From Octopus sinensis (lineage: Eukaryota), in assembly GCF_006345805.1 (NCBI RefSeq), contig NC_043010.1, positions 68,262,001 through 68,326,000 of the forward strand: a stretch of DNA of 64,000 bases, read 5' to 3'. A program made the position numbers and the translations under genes. Below are positions 28,906 to 43,023 of this stretch, piece after piece (position 1 is the first letter of the stretch; the number at the start of each line of letters is the position of its first letter). A model generated the notes under the pieces. The model saw only the letters and a program-made list of their open reading frames with translations, had not been told where the DNA came from and did not search any database.

Positions 28906-30107
28906 CGCCATTTCATTTTACAAAATTTGGTTGTACCGTGCATTTTGCTTGAAAATTCAAAAATACTGTCCTTACATTAGTTGGGAAACGGTAAATTAAT
29001 CCCAAATGTCATTGTCATGAATTTCTCCAAATTATTCCATATTCTACGCTTTCGCTTTATTTGCCGACGAAGTAGTGGAGCAAAATTATAGTGGACAATG
29101 CTTTAGGTATTTCTTTCCTGACCACGTTGAACAATAAGGGGGGAAATTTTCTTTTTATTTTATTCACATGAGTGTAAGTACCAGGCTACTGTCTTGAACT
29201 ATATGTCGGTTCCCAAGATTTTGAATAACAGTCTTTGTGTTAAAAACTGTACTTAGCTACCCCCGAAAACATATCGATTCATCAACAACCATTTCCTACT
29301 GATAATACTTCACAATTACTCCGTCTAAATGTTTTCTACAATTGCTCTGTATACCTCTCCATTACGTCAGCTCATTTTATTCCGAAAGACTCCATTTTGA
29401 ATATAATTCACTGAGTGATGTCCTTTATTTCTAACACATTTACATACAGTCAGGGCGAAAATTAGACATTCAAAACGAAACCTAACCTTCCTCTCTTTCA
29501 CATTAGCATTGCAGACTCAAAATATTTGTTCTCTCTTTTCAGTCTGATAAGAATAGTAAAGAGAGAAACAAAAAAGAAGAAAAAGACTTTTCTGTGTTAT
29601 CGTCGTCTCCAACACATTTCAGTTTTTTTGTTTGTTTTTTTCCTCTCCCTGCTTTTTAGATCATTCATTACGTACACTAAAACAACTGCGAAATATCAAC
29701 TACGAATATACTCGAATAGAATGAGAATCAGGACTTTCAACGAAAATTGATTTTGAAAGTCTTATTCACTGAAATTTTCGGCGAAATGAAATTCAAACTT
29801 TTCTGACACGAAAAAATGTTTGATCTCTTCTCAGAAATATTTAATGATAGCCTAGTATAAACCATATTGCGTTTCTAGATAAGGCACCATTACATGACAT
29901 TCTGTGTCATTCGTGGAGGACTGTTGGTGGCTTTTAAAATATCATTTTCTCCAGAAATAAATATTAGTGTTAGCAGTCGAGGAGTGGATTTTATGTGTGT
30001 GTGTATGTCAGAATAAAATAATTGAATTTCACAACATATATGTGTGTATGTATATATATATATGTATATGTATGTGTATATATTTATATGTATGTATGTG
30101 TAAGGGT

Positions 30108-30345
30108 GTGGAGGCGCGTGGCTTAGTGGTTAGGGTGTCAGCATCATGATCGTAAGATTGTGGTTTCGATTCCTGGACCGGGCGACGCGTTGTGTTCTTG
30201 AGTAAAACACTTCATTTCTCGTTACTCCAGTCCGGTCAGCTGGCAAAAATGAGTAAACCAGCTGGAGAACACATACGCCATTGAAACCGGGAAACCGGGC
30301 CCATGAGCCTGGCTAGGCTTTTAAAAGGGTGCATTTACTTATTTT
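30108..30345 (+). mobile_element. tRNA-headed SINE family C
   Basis: TGGCTTAGTGG A box, GGTTTCGATTCC B box; 13-bp TSD TATGTGTAAGGGT. Confidence 0.87.
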
Positions 30346-30930
30346 TATGTGTAAGGGTATGTATGTACGTACAGCATATAACATATTGTCAGAATAGATT
30401 TGGACCACATAATGCACAACTGATTTTGCTAGTTGTTCTGTAAGAATACCATTTTTTTTTTCTATAAAGTTGAAGAAGTTCAAGGACTTAGCTGAAAGAA
30501 GACATGGCTGATGTTACACTAAATAAATCGCACGACTACGTAGAGGTTCTCTTTGCTTTTCTTGCTGTGAGTCAGTGTTATAGGTTTATACAAACACTTA
30601 TAACATAAGTGATGATTAATGTATGTTACCTTATCATAATCTAATTCTATGCTTCATACGTCCTGGCTTTCAAAATACATTAGTGTACTTATCATTTCAC
30701 ATGTCCTTGCTCTCGCGTAAATTTTTTTTTCCCGGTTTCTGTACGCGCTTAAAATTACGTCATTCGTGCTTATTAGAATAATACAAACGTTTAACACGTC
30801 GCCTCGAATTCTCAGTATATCTGAGGTTTCCTGCTCGAAGTAGAAGATTTGAATTACTTGCAGTATGCATTTGAATATTCTGCTATATGCCATGGCACAG
30901 TCTGCTATAAAAAAAATTATACAAAGAAAA

Positions 30931-31157
30931 GGCGGCGAGCTGGCAGAAACGTTAGCACGCCGGGCGAAATTCCTAGCGGTATTTCGTCTGCCGTTACGTT
31001 CTGAGTTCAAATTCCGCCGAGGTCGACTTTGCCTTTCCTCCTTTCGGGGTCGATAAATTAAGTGCCAGTTACGCACTGGGTCGATGTAATCGACTTAATC
31101 CGTTTGCCTGTCCTTGTTTGTTCTGTCTGTGTTTAACCCCTTGTGGGTAGTAAAGAA
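30931..31157 (+). mobile_element. SINE A1, monomer
   Basis: TSD AAAAAAATTATACAAAGAAA on both sides. Confidence 0.88.
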
Positions 31158-31876
31158 AAAAAATTATACAAAGAAATAATAATGCAATAATTTCACTTTA
31201 AAATGAAACTTAGAAGCTCTTATTTTTAAAGCAATAAAATATGTCTACCTATTTATTAAGGAAATGTTCCCTAAAGGTTTTAGTATTAACAGAAACATTA
31301 CATAATTATTTTACTTAACGAAAATTGTTTGTTCAGTATAATCTGTAAAATATTAGGTTAAGACTAATGTATAACGATCTGAGAACGGTAATTACTCAGA
31401 TAAGTATGAAATAGGTGAATAAAATTGGTCAGTGTTCTACATGTATTATATCATTGTTATGGTCTGAATAGTATGGGACCAAAGACCATGCACAGCATCA
31501 AAGTATTTTCTCAGGCACTAATCCTTCTCGTTTGCATTTAAAGTTTTATAGATCCGGTCTGGAAGTTTGTTCAACAATTGAAGGACTTCGTAATAAACAC
31601 CAACAATTTTAGTGCAAAACAGGTAGCATTAAAAAGATCAAGCGAAATGCATACAAGTGTGTGTGTATGTGTGTGTGTGTGTGTGTGTGCGAAAAAGAAA
31701 ACAAGCGGAAATACAACAAAAAGTGAAGTACGATGGGCATGGTGTTAGTTTAATACTTGATGAGTTTAATATGCGTCTTCTTAACGTTTCGGACGTTATT
31801 CCATCGTTAAAGGAAATAGCGAAACGGGGAGAGAGAAACAGTGCATGCTATGAAAAATAAGCTTTAATTAAAACAA

Positions 31877-31913
<37 letters not shown>

Positions 31914-31938
31914 AATCTATCCATCTCTCTCTCTCTCT

Positions 31939-32038
<100 letters not shown>

Positions 32039-32608
32039 CCCATTATGTACAAGGTTTACATTATTGCTTTCCCTGCGTTGAATTTCACTGTTCCAAAAAT
32101 GAATTATTTCATATTCTCACGGAGTTTCTAAACACACACACACATACACACACACACATACATCACAGGAAATAAAGTAAACTTCGAACGCAGAATAGCA
32201 GTCAATGCAGCTTTGTAAAACAGTGGACAGCAAGCTGCTACGGAGAATCGAAACTTGTACCTCTCAAATCATATGCATGGGTATTCTTGCATATATGTAT
32301 GGGTGTTATTACAGTTACTAAATGATGGTAAGGCATATTATTTACATTATTTACATTATTTACATTTGACGCATATGTAAATAATGTAAATAATGTACAT
32401 AATTCCTCATCTCTTAAATATAGAACTATATGGTAAGGCATGTCTTGCTACATCTACAAACAAATGCACATCACATATACTTCGTGACGTATATTTACCA
32501 TTTCGTATGAATCAATCAGAGGCATTTATACACATGCACAATATGTATGTTTATACTATGTCTTTGGGTGTGTGTGTGTGAGCGTGATATTATCTGTTTA
32601 TACGTATG

Positions 32609-32675
<67 letters not shown>

Positions 32676-33073
32676 TGTGTGGTAAGTAGCCTGTTTACCA
32701 ACCACATGCTTCCGGGTTCAATCCCACTGCGTGGCACCTTGGGCAAGTGTCTTCTACTATAGCCTCGGGTCGACCAAAGCCTTGTGAGTGAATTTGGTAG
32801 ACGGAAACTCGTCGTATATATGTATATATATATATATGCGTGTGTGTGTTTGTGTGTCTGTGTTTCTCCCCCTAGCATTGCTTGACAACCGATGCTGGTG
32901 TGTTTATGTCCCCGTTACGTAGCGGTTTGGCAAAAGAGATCGATAGAATAAGTACTGGGCTTACAAAAGAATAAGTCGACGGGATCGAGTTGCTCGATTA
33001 AAAGGCGGTGCTCCAGCATGGCCACAGTCAGTCAAATGACTGAAACAAGTAAAAGAGTAAAGAGAGTAAGAGT
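32676..33073 (+). mobile_element. SINE family B
   Basis: Near full-length match. Confidence 0.86.
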
Positions 33074-33624
33074 ATATATACTCACACTCAAGTGATGAGT
33101 GTAAATCGAGTAACGTTCTTTGACGACGTGTGAGTGAATTGCTGAATGTTACCTGTCCTCGTGATTATACGATCATTGTCGATTCTCAAACACGGTTAAT
33201 TGTTTTAGCTTAAAATGGCCCACATGACATTAATTAGCATTCCATTGAGTTAAATGAACTGGGATATTGCTATACTTATAGACTGCTTCTTTCTCTGCTT
33301 TTATGAAACGACGAGGAAGAAATTATGAATGTGATTGTATGAATGTGAAAGAGAGAGAAAAGAGCTACGGAATGAACGGCGCAGCAATAAGTTTGTTTGA
33401 ATTAATTCCAAATTTGTCCTAATGCAATAACGGCCTTCAACAATGAAGAGAAAAGAACAATAAACTTGATTTGCATATCGCATTAGATGAAAGAATATTA
33501 AATTAGATTTCAAACTCTTACAAATACACTACTCGTTCGCACAAACACTCACACATACACACACATATATACATATATACATATATAAAGACACATGCAT
33601 ATGTCCACACACTCACACACACAG

Positions 33625-33680
<56 letters not shown>

Positions 33681-33683
<3 letters not shown>

Positions 33684-33835
33684 TAGAACCATTCAGTACG
33701 AATGCACTATTGTAATTTGCTGTTCGAACCGAGTAATTTGTAGTACGAGTAATTTGCTGTACGAATCGAGGCTTCTGCGAATTTTTGTTTTTAAGTACGA
33801 GCGGAAATTCGTTGTACGAGCGAGTTTCATACAAT
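33681..33835 (+). mobile_element. Possible Tigger/pogo-like terminal fragment
   Basis: Follows (TA)n; repeated TACGA/TTCGA motifs typical of pogo-family subterminal repeats; no partner end found. Confidence 0.35.
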
Positions 33836-34589
33836 CGACCACTAGTCGGCGCTGAGCTCGCACACGCCCTCCCCACAAGCGCAGTCTCCGCTCGCTCAGT
33901 TCACGTGTTTATCTCCCTGTGACATCATCCCTATTCTGTTTTTCCCAATGATATTGTTTAATTTTGTGCATTTTTTGCTATTATTGTATAATAATTAGTT
34001 GTGTTAGCTGTGAAATGGCCGAGTATTCCACAGACGTTCACACCATTAATGTAATTCCCAAGTATAATCACTTTAACATGGCTATGACAAGACTGATGTC
34101 TCTGTGGTTTAATACGTGTCACTGATTGAATTTTATTGATGCCCATCGTGAGCAATTTCACTATAGCCGTCATCATTAACTTGTTTCAGTCATTGGACTG
34201 CGGCCATGCTTAGGCACCACCTTGAAGGGTTTTGTCGCACAAAATCTAGCGCAATATTTATCTTAAAGCATAGCACTTGTTCTTTCGGTTTCTTTTGCCG
34301 AGCCATTGAGATACGGACGCGTAAGTAAACGAACATCGGTTGTCAAGCAATGCAGGGGCTCAAACACATACATACATACATGCATGTTGGCTTTGGAGCA
34401 AGAGAGAGGAGTTAAGCTGGAAGCCAGGAGGAGACGAAGAGCGGTGACTTGGTCACCCCTGCTGACTCACCAACGGAAGGGTGTTACAGTTAGGGATTGA
34501 AACACTCAATGAATGTTGGATACTTTTTGATGACATCAGTTCCTCCTGGCCAAGGCACCCCTCTTTATAGGTGTTTTATACACACACAC

Positions 34590-34797
34590 ACGCACTGATT
34601 CGTTAGTTACTGCACGCATTTTTTTTCTCTCCTTCTTTCTGTGTTTTTTTTCTCTCTGTGTATCTTTCTGTTGAAGAGCGTAGGCTCGAAACGTTAAAGA
34701 CTTGTTTTATTTATATTTCCTGAGCGCCATACTAATACAATTGTTTGTTTGTTTTCCACCTGCCTTCGTCTTTTGTCTATTTTCATAAAGCTTCCCG

Positions 34798-34830
<33 letters not shown>

Positions 34831-34869
34831 AGGTGAATTCACAAAAAAAACACGAGGAAGACAGGTGGT
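34590..34869 (+). mobile_element. Penelope-like terminal fragment with a minimal hammerhead motif (34663-34700), abutting (TA)n, plus a short inverted piece
   Basis: TCTTT-CTGTTGAA-GAGC-GTAG-GCTC-GAAA-CG-TT-AAAGA; a related fragment lies on the minus strand at 13071-13158, also next to a TA-rich tract. Confidence 0.62.
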
Positions 34870-35663
34870 ATATATACTGGGCTTACAAAAGAATAAGTCC
34901 CGGGGTCGAGTTGCTCGATTAAAGGCAGTGCTCCAGCTTGGCCACAGTCAAATGACTTCTTTCAGTTTCAGTCTACCAAGGCTTTATTCGACTAAGGGCT
35001 GCATTGGAAGACAATCGCCCGAGGTGCCACGCAGCGGAGCTGAACACGGCATAACGTGCTTGGGAAGCAACCTTCCTACCACACTACTGCGCACGAAGTG
35101 AATTGATATTATTAAAGTTAGAGTTATTATAAAACCGTATGGTTTCGTTCCTGAATATCATTATTACGTTGCGAGTTATTATGCTGTACTTGAGCAAGTG
35201 CACGAAGCAACAACAAGCAAATACTAAATGCAACAGAATATATATCCTAAGCAGACTCACCTGCTATTGAAATGATAACGAACGTGGATAATCCAATAAG
35301 ACGTCGAATTAATTGCTCTCGCAATCGTATACCAAATGTTGACACATAAAAACGAACATTACACTGATTGCGAATGAGTGACTATACTGCAATAGTAACT
35401 AACAGTGATTTGGAGATAATATATTTAAGTAATGAGCCAAACAGCCGTTATGTTGTTGTTTGTTGTGTATGGCTATCATTTCAACGGAAAACACAGATAT
35501 CAAAAGCACGCATGATATGCTCCAGTTACTTAACCTGCTGCGTCGCAGCTAGTATTAATCTCAAAAGAGAAATTTTTTCTTTTTATAATAACGTCTGAGA
35601 ATTTAAGTTTATATAGTAAGTCTGTTGTTTATCACGGAATACACACACACACACACATACACA

Positions 35664-35704
<41 letters not shown>

Positions 35705-35872
35705 TAAGCAATAAAGGGTTTAGCAACGAATTGCCTTACCACATACCGAATTTAGAAATAGCAGTCAAAGAGTTATAGCTAATATATATATATAAATATA
35801 CTTGCATACACGCACTTATATACATGCCTATAACTGAACATATTTTGTGAGGAACAACTTATATATATATGT

Positions 35873-35912
<40 letters not shown>

Positions 35913-35965
35913 TACTGTGTTTGTATGTATATATATGTGTGTGTGCGCGCATGCGGTTGTATGTG

Positions 35966-36003
<38 letters not shown>

Positions 36004-36006
<3 letters not shown>

Positions 36007-36204
36007 GGTCCCGGGTTGATCCGGGGTTAACCACAGTAAGTAAGGTACTCAATACATAGCAGAGTAAAATTAATTTATTATATAGAAGGAGCTTCTACAG
36101 GACTAGTACTGTTTCATTCAAGAGAAATCTTCAGGAAGCTTCCTGAAGATTTCTCTTGAATGAAACAGTACTAGTCCTGTAGAAGCTCCTTCTATATAAT
36201 AAAT
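36004..36204. mobile_element. Fold-back element between (TA)n tracts containing a perfect 132-bp palindrome (36073-36204); probably Penelope-like
   Basis: 66-bp arms are exact reverse complements, centre AAG|CTT at 36138/36139; CTGAAGA...GAAAC next to the centre. The palindrome is certain; the PLE origin is inferred. Confidence 0.7.
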
Positions 36205-36282
36205 ATATATATATATATATACATACATACACACACACAAATATAGGGGCTGTAGATGTTTGTGAATATGTGTATGTTTATG

Positions 36283-36317
<35 letters not shown>

Positions 36318-36443
36318 TATATATATAATATATATATATATATTATATATATATATATATATACTAAGCAATAAAGGGTTTAGCAACGAATTGCCTTACC
36401 ACATACCGAATTTAGAAATAGCAGTCAAAGAGTTATAGCTAAT

Positions 36444-36495
<52 letters not shown>

Positions 36496-37059
36496 TATAT
36501 ATGTATGTATATTTATAGGTATATGTATGTATAAATGTAGGTATATATATATATACATACATACACATATGCATGTATGTATGTATATGTATGTATGTTT
36601 GTTGCTGCCCCAGCTCTCATAAAAATAGACTATTGTTGTTGTAATGATGGTGTGGCAGCGGCGGCAGTGGTTGATGTGGTGGTTGTAGGTTGTTGTGCAG
36701 GCTGCAGTGTTTCCATTGGCTGTGTCTGCCCGTACAATGGCCAGTCTGTGGTGGTGCGATAGGTGATATCTATGTCTGTTGACAGTAATAATACAATTAG
36801 GATTGTTTGTACAAAACGAAACACTGGTGTGTGCGCACATGTATGTGTAATGCGTTTGGGTGAGTGTGTGCATGTGTGTGCGGCAGTGCGCGTGTGTGTG
36901 TGTCCGTAAGTGCGTGTGTGTGTGTGTGTGTTTGTATGTGTGCATGTATGTGAATATTCGATTCGCTATCTTGATACGGATACTAGTGGAATTGTACGTA
37001 TAATGTGCGTATGATTGTTTTTGTGCGTGTATATATATATATATATATATATATACATA

Positions 37060-37435
37060 CACTACCGTCAGAAATTAATTAGCACCCTTGATTTGCTCTT
37101 CACTCAAGGTATGTGCTGTCACCTAGTGGCCATATCTCGAACTATTGCTTTGTTGCGAGTTCACTGTTGCGCAGAACGATGACGTAACTTTGTTTGCAGA
37201 GCAGTTTGAGAGTCTACAGCCTTATGATGTTGACATAGCAGTGCAACAAATTGGAGTGCGGATGCAGACAAATCTTCCTTGTTTAATAGATACAGGTAGC
37301 GCCTCGCAAGGACCGAAATCACACCATACTAAGTTTTCTCATCGCGTAAGACGTTTTGAACAGCTCATAGGTTAATTGATTTGACCTATTTAATGTAGAA
37401 ATTTGAGAAGTGCTAATTAATTTCTGACGCAAGTG
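37060..37435 (+). mobile_element. Tc1-like non-autonomous element inserted in a (TA)n tract
   Basis: 26-bp TIRs CACTACCGTCAGAAATTAATTAGCAC / GTGCTAATTAATTTCTGACGCAAGTG (2 mismatches) with TA flanks. Internal LIDTGSASQGPKS weakly resembles the TGS..DRPRSGRP segment of Tc1 transposase N-termini. Confidence 0.8.
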
Positions 37436-37447
37436 TATATATATATA

Positions 37448-37487
<40 letters not shown>

Positions 37488-38444
37488 AAAACATCCTTCA
37501 TTGCAACAGAAAATAATCAACTTCTCACACCGAAATACATCGGGAAGAAAACTTCAATCAAAATGGGATCCACGGCTCCCCCTCACACAGACACCCACGC
37601 ACACACATATACGCACATACACGCGTATCTAAACATCCGTATGTATCCTCAACATAATTGTGCGCATAAAATTAATGTCGCACGTCTGTGTGAGCGTGCA
37701 TCATAATGGGGTGATCGGGCAGGAAAGTCTAAAAAGAAAAAAAAGGCGATGATACGCACACAGAACTGTGACACCGTTGGTGACGTAGGCGGCGACAACG
37801 GGGTCATTATTTAAACTATATCTCTCTTTTGTAGTTGTTTGTTATTTCTATACTTGTTCCCGTTGTTTGAGTTATTATTTATATATTTATTACTCAATCT
37901 TTATCTTTTATGGAGAAATTTTTTTTTTTTTTCTCTTTCCTATTCTTTTCGGTTAATTTTTATTTTATTTTCGCTACTCCCAGGCCCATTCATTTTGAAG
38001 CAAGGTGTGGGACTCTTTTTTATTGTTATAGCTTTCTTTTGTCACCAAAGACACCCCCACACACACGCAAACACACGCACATATACTCACACACAGATAC
38101 TTATAGATATCGAAGGAGACGTGGGAGTACCCAATGTTGTTCACGATAAATACTTAATTGTTTAATTTACTACGCGATAGTGAGGAAGTAAACAAAAGCT
38201 TAACGGTGTTGGATAGCGGCAGCGAATCATAAGAGGAGATACTTTCAAGCAGTCAAATCCGTTCTGAAAGTTTTGACATTCTAGAAGAAATAAAGAGAAT
38301 CTAACTTCCGTTTCAGGTACATGTTCCAGCCTCAATATTCGTTATCAGCACAATGCTTTCTTCCTCGCCTCCGGATCCAATCTTGACATTTCCCATATAC
38401 AAAAACATATGTGGATATTGTTTCCCAAAATTAGTTTCAAATTT

Positions 38445-38645
38445 TGGCACAAGGCCAGCAATTTGAAGAGAGGAGGTAAGTCGATCATATCGGCGCCAGT
38501 ACTCAACTGGTACTCATTTTATCGACTGCGGAAGGATGAAAGGGAAAGTAGACCCCAGTGGCGTTTGAACTCAGAACGTGTAGACAGGCGAAATGCCTCT
38601 AAGAATTTTCCCACCTTTCTAACGATTCTGCCAGCGCACCGCCTT
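38445..38645 (-). mobile_element. SINE A2, diverged
   Basis: Recognisable head, B box and body. Confidence 0.7.
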
Positions 38646-38979
38646 ATTCTTACCCGTTATTAATTTGCATAATTAGAACAAAAGAACTGAGAGAAAATTA
38701 ATTCAAAGAAACCATTGACATTATTTTGCTTAATAAAAGGTCCCTAAATTTTAATGCTTTTCCGAAAGAGTCGATATATATAATCGCCATCAAGCGTACA
38801 GTTACGAAGGTCTAATGATAAAAAAAAAAAATTCTGGCTTTGACGTGTTCGCGTAGATTTACCAAAATTGTTTTAAACAAATTGTTTGAAAGATGTGTGT
38901 GTGTGCTTGCGTTTACATATAAAGTGGAGCGTCGCTGCAGAAAAGTACTTTCGCAACAATAAGAGTAATTTTACATTCT

Positions 38980-39195
38980 TTTATATCTTATTGCAGTCAT
39001 TAAAGTGCAGCCATGCTGGGGCATCGCCTCCAAGAATTTTTAAGCTATCGAATCGACCCCTGTACTTATGTTTTTCTTTTCTTTTTTTAAGACGGGTACT
39101 TACTCTATCGGTCTCTTTGCTGAACCGCTACGTTACGGGGTGTCAACCAACCCATACCGGTAGTCAAGTGATGACGGGGACAAACACAGACACAC

Positions 39196-39226
<31 letters not shown>

Positions 39227-39360
39227 ACGGTCTTCTTTCAGTTTCCGTCTGCAAAATTCACTCACAAGACTATATAGAAGTCACTTGCTCAAGGTGCCAC
39301 GCATTAGGACTGAACCCGGAAACATGTGGTTGAGAAGCAAACAATCCTACCTCACAACCA
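38980..39360 (-). mobile_element. SINE family B, diverged
   Basis: Head, microsatellite and 3' body recognisable, with an internal deletion. Confidence 0.72.
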
Positions 39361-39457
39361 CAAAAATTTATTTCATTAACAAAAAAAATTATGTTTACCA
39401 TTTCTAAATGAAGTTTCACACAAATACACATATTATGTATATACACATATGTGTGTG

Positions 39458-39494
<37 letters not shown>

Positions 39495-40054
39495 TTGTTT
39501 GTATACATATATGTACATACACATGTATGCATATAAATATATATATGTGTGTGTGTATAGTTAACTATATATATATATACATGTACATGTGTGTATATCT
39601 ATATGCATATGTATGAGAGAGAGGCTTACACTCCTATTTATAAATATATGGTGACTGTTTTTTTTATGAATATAAGTATCATATGTATACAAGTTTATTT
39701 ATCTTTACATAAATAGTAAATGTGTATATTTTGATTCCATTGTATGCACACATACACAGACATGAAGACGTTTCTGTGCGCGCGCAAGGGTGTATGCATG
39801 TGTTTTGATACGTCGAAGCAGACCCGGAACTGCTCCTGTGTTCCGAGACGTTGTTTGTACCAGTGACATATTTTACAAAGGTAAACCATTGGACAGTTTC
39901 CGACGACACACCACTCACACATCTTGCTGAGTGGCTTGCAAGCCTTTAATATACCACTGCTAGCAAAGAAAAGTGTCAGACTCCGTCGATGTAGGAATGT
40001 TTGTTTAACTGGGTGTGTCTCCAACTCATAGCCAAAACTTAATGCCTGCCAAAT

Positions 40055-40114
40055 TCTCTCTTCTCTCTTCTCTCTCTGCCGCCGCTTTTCTTTTTACTTT
40101 CATTCTTTCATTTC

Positions 40115-40160
<46 letters not shown>

Positions 40161-40383
40161 CTCTCTCTCTCTTTCTCTATCTATCTATCTATATCTCTCT
40201 CTCTCTCATTCTCTCTCTCTCTTTCTCTATCTATCTATCTATATCTCTCTCTCTCTCATCTCTTTGTCTTCCATTTAATTTTTCCCTCTCCTCTTCCTTG
40301 TCAATTTTCCTTACTTCTCTCCCGGGGTGTTTTCCATCAAATTCATTTTTACATCTCTGTTTTTAGACCATTTTCCTTGCCAT

Positions 40384-40415
<32 letters not shown>

Positions 40416-40790
40416 TCTTCCTCCCTCCCATCCTCCCCCTATTGTTTGATCTGATTTTCTCTGTCTCTTTCTGTTGTTATCCTTCCTTCATTCAACTAAT
40501 TTATTAACCTTTATTTTAATCGTTCTTTATCACCATTTCATTAAACACTCCTCTCTTACTCTTACATTTTCTTCTCTTTTGTCATTAATTTTCCTCTTCT
40601 ATCTCCACAACTTCCTTCTTCCATTCTTCCCCTTCTCTCTCTCCCCCTCACTCCAACCCTCTCCCTTCTCTCTCTCTCTCCCTCACTCCAACCCTCTCCC
40701 TTCTCTATCCCTCCCACTCCCTCTTCCACTTTATCTAATTCGTTAATTTTCATCCAATTCTTACTAATAATTCCTTTCTTTCTCTCCACT
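40055..40790. repeat. Long polypyrimidine/(CT)n-rich tract
   Basis: Directly visible. Confidence 0.9.
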
Positions 40791-41285
40791 TGTATAGCCC
40801 ACTTGATAAGAAGACGTTTTCTCTGACTGACTCACTCACACACTCGTGTTTATTATTTTTCTTTTGTACACTTTTGTAGCCTAGCATTTAATATGTTTAC
40901 CCACACACACACACACACCACACACATATATATATATATTATATAAACATATATATATATTCATAAGCGAGCGTGTACGCACATACAAGCGTATTCAGTC
41001 TGTTTCATGTCACTATTTCCACCTCATAAACTGTGCTAATCATGATAATTAAAAACGTTGATGATGTGTTGCAAGGGTGTGAAGAGTGAGGTAATACTTG
41101 ACCAATTTCATCATCACAGAATTTAACTTAGAGTTTAGTTTGGTTTTTTTTTTAGTCACAGTATCGTTGTTTTCTTTAAATTTCGCAATTCTTTGATTCC
41201 TTAAAAGCACGATTACATTATTCACACATTCGGCAGATTTTTACAGGGTGGGAAATTATTTTGTAATGAATGGTATCAGAATTAA

Positions 41286-41507
41286 GGCAGAATCGTTAGC
41301 ACGCCGGGCGAAATGCGTAGCCGTATTTCGTCTGCCGCTACGTTCTGAGTTCAAATTTCGCCGAGGTCGACTTTGCCTTTCATCCTTTCGGGGTCGATTA
41401 AATAAGTACCAGTTACGCACTGGGGTCGATATAATCAACTTAATCCCTTTGTCTGTCCTTGTTTGTCCCCTCTGTATTTAGCCCCTTGTGGGTAGTAAAG
41501 ATATAGG
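41286..41507 (+). mobile_element. SINE A1, monomer (slightly 5'-truncated)
   Basis: Matches the A1 body; short GAATTAA direct repeat at the flanks. Confidence 0.85.
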
Positions 41508-41550
41508 AATTAATCTGTGCAGAATTCTAATGCTTTCTTTCTATCAAGTA

Positions 41551-42041
<491 letters not shown>

Positions 42042-42833
42042 TGTACAAGTGATAATTACAGAATAGGAAAGGATTCCACTGGAGTCGACTCTAGGATGAT
42101 TTGAACTCACTATATTACGAGAAGAAAATAAAAATACTCGTTCGTAATATTTTTGAATCGGTGGAAAATAATTCTCTCTCCACTGGTTTGTAGGTTGAGT
42201 TTTAATGAAACCATGAAGAGCCAACGTGGGTTGAGTTAGAATTGACTGTCCTACTGGCTTCTGTTAAAATGTCAATGATTTTGGAACTCTATATAAAGCA
42301 ACATGATCCTGGTTTTCTGTTGCGGTTTGACATTTTCAACTCCCGTATTAAGATGAAAAAGCTGAGAGACTAAATGTAGTTTATATCTGAATGTATGTGA
42401 GTTGGTAGAGACAAAAAAAAAAAAATAGAATTCCTCAACTAATAATGAATATTTTAGAATTGAGCAACCAGTCGCGAGGATAAACAGGAAATTCAAGCGT
42501 TGTAGTAAATGGACGATTTACGGTTTGTGACTTTTGTTTTGATTAATGACATTAATTAATAATGGATGGCTATTATATAAGAATTAACATTAATTATCAG
42601 AAGCCGTTTGATTTTCGTAAGCTCACATGCAAATTGGTGTACAAAGATGGAAGGGATTAGTGAATATAAGGGGTGTAGGAAAATGAAGGAGAGAAGTGGT
42701 GCAGGGGAGAAGCGAGAGGAAGAGGGGAATGCAGTTGTAGCTTACTTTTACCGATCTCTAAGACACCTGTTTCTCTCCAACGTATATAAGAACATTACTA
42801 CACTGGCGAATTGTGTTTCGAGTTCACTCCATA

Positions 42834-42992
42834 CGAAGGGGTGCTGCAAAGTCCCTGGCTTTAAGGGTATTGCGGTGCTCCAGCATGGCCACAGTCCGAT
42901 GACTGAAACAAGTAAAAGAGTAAAAAAGTAAAAGAGTATATATATACACACATGCATTAACATGTACATATTTAATTTTAGGGATATATATA

Positions 42993-43023
<31 letters not shown>

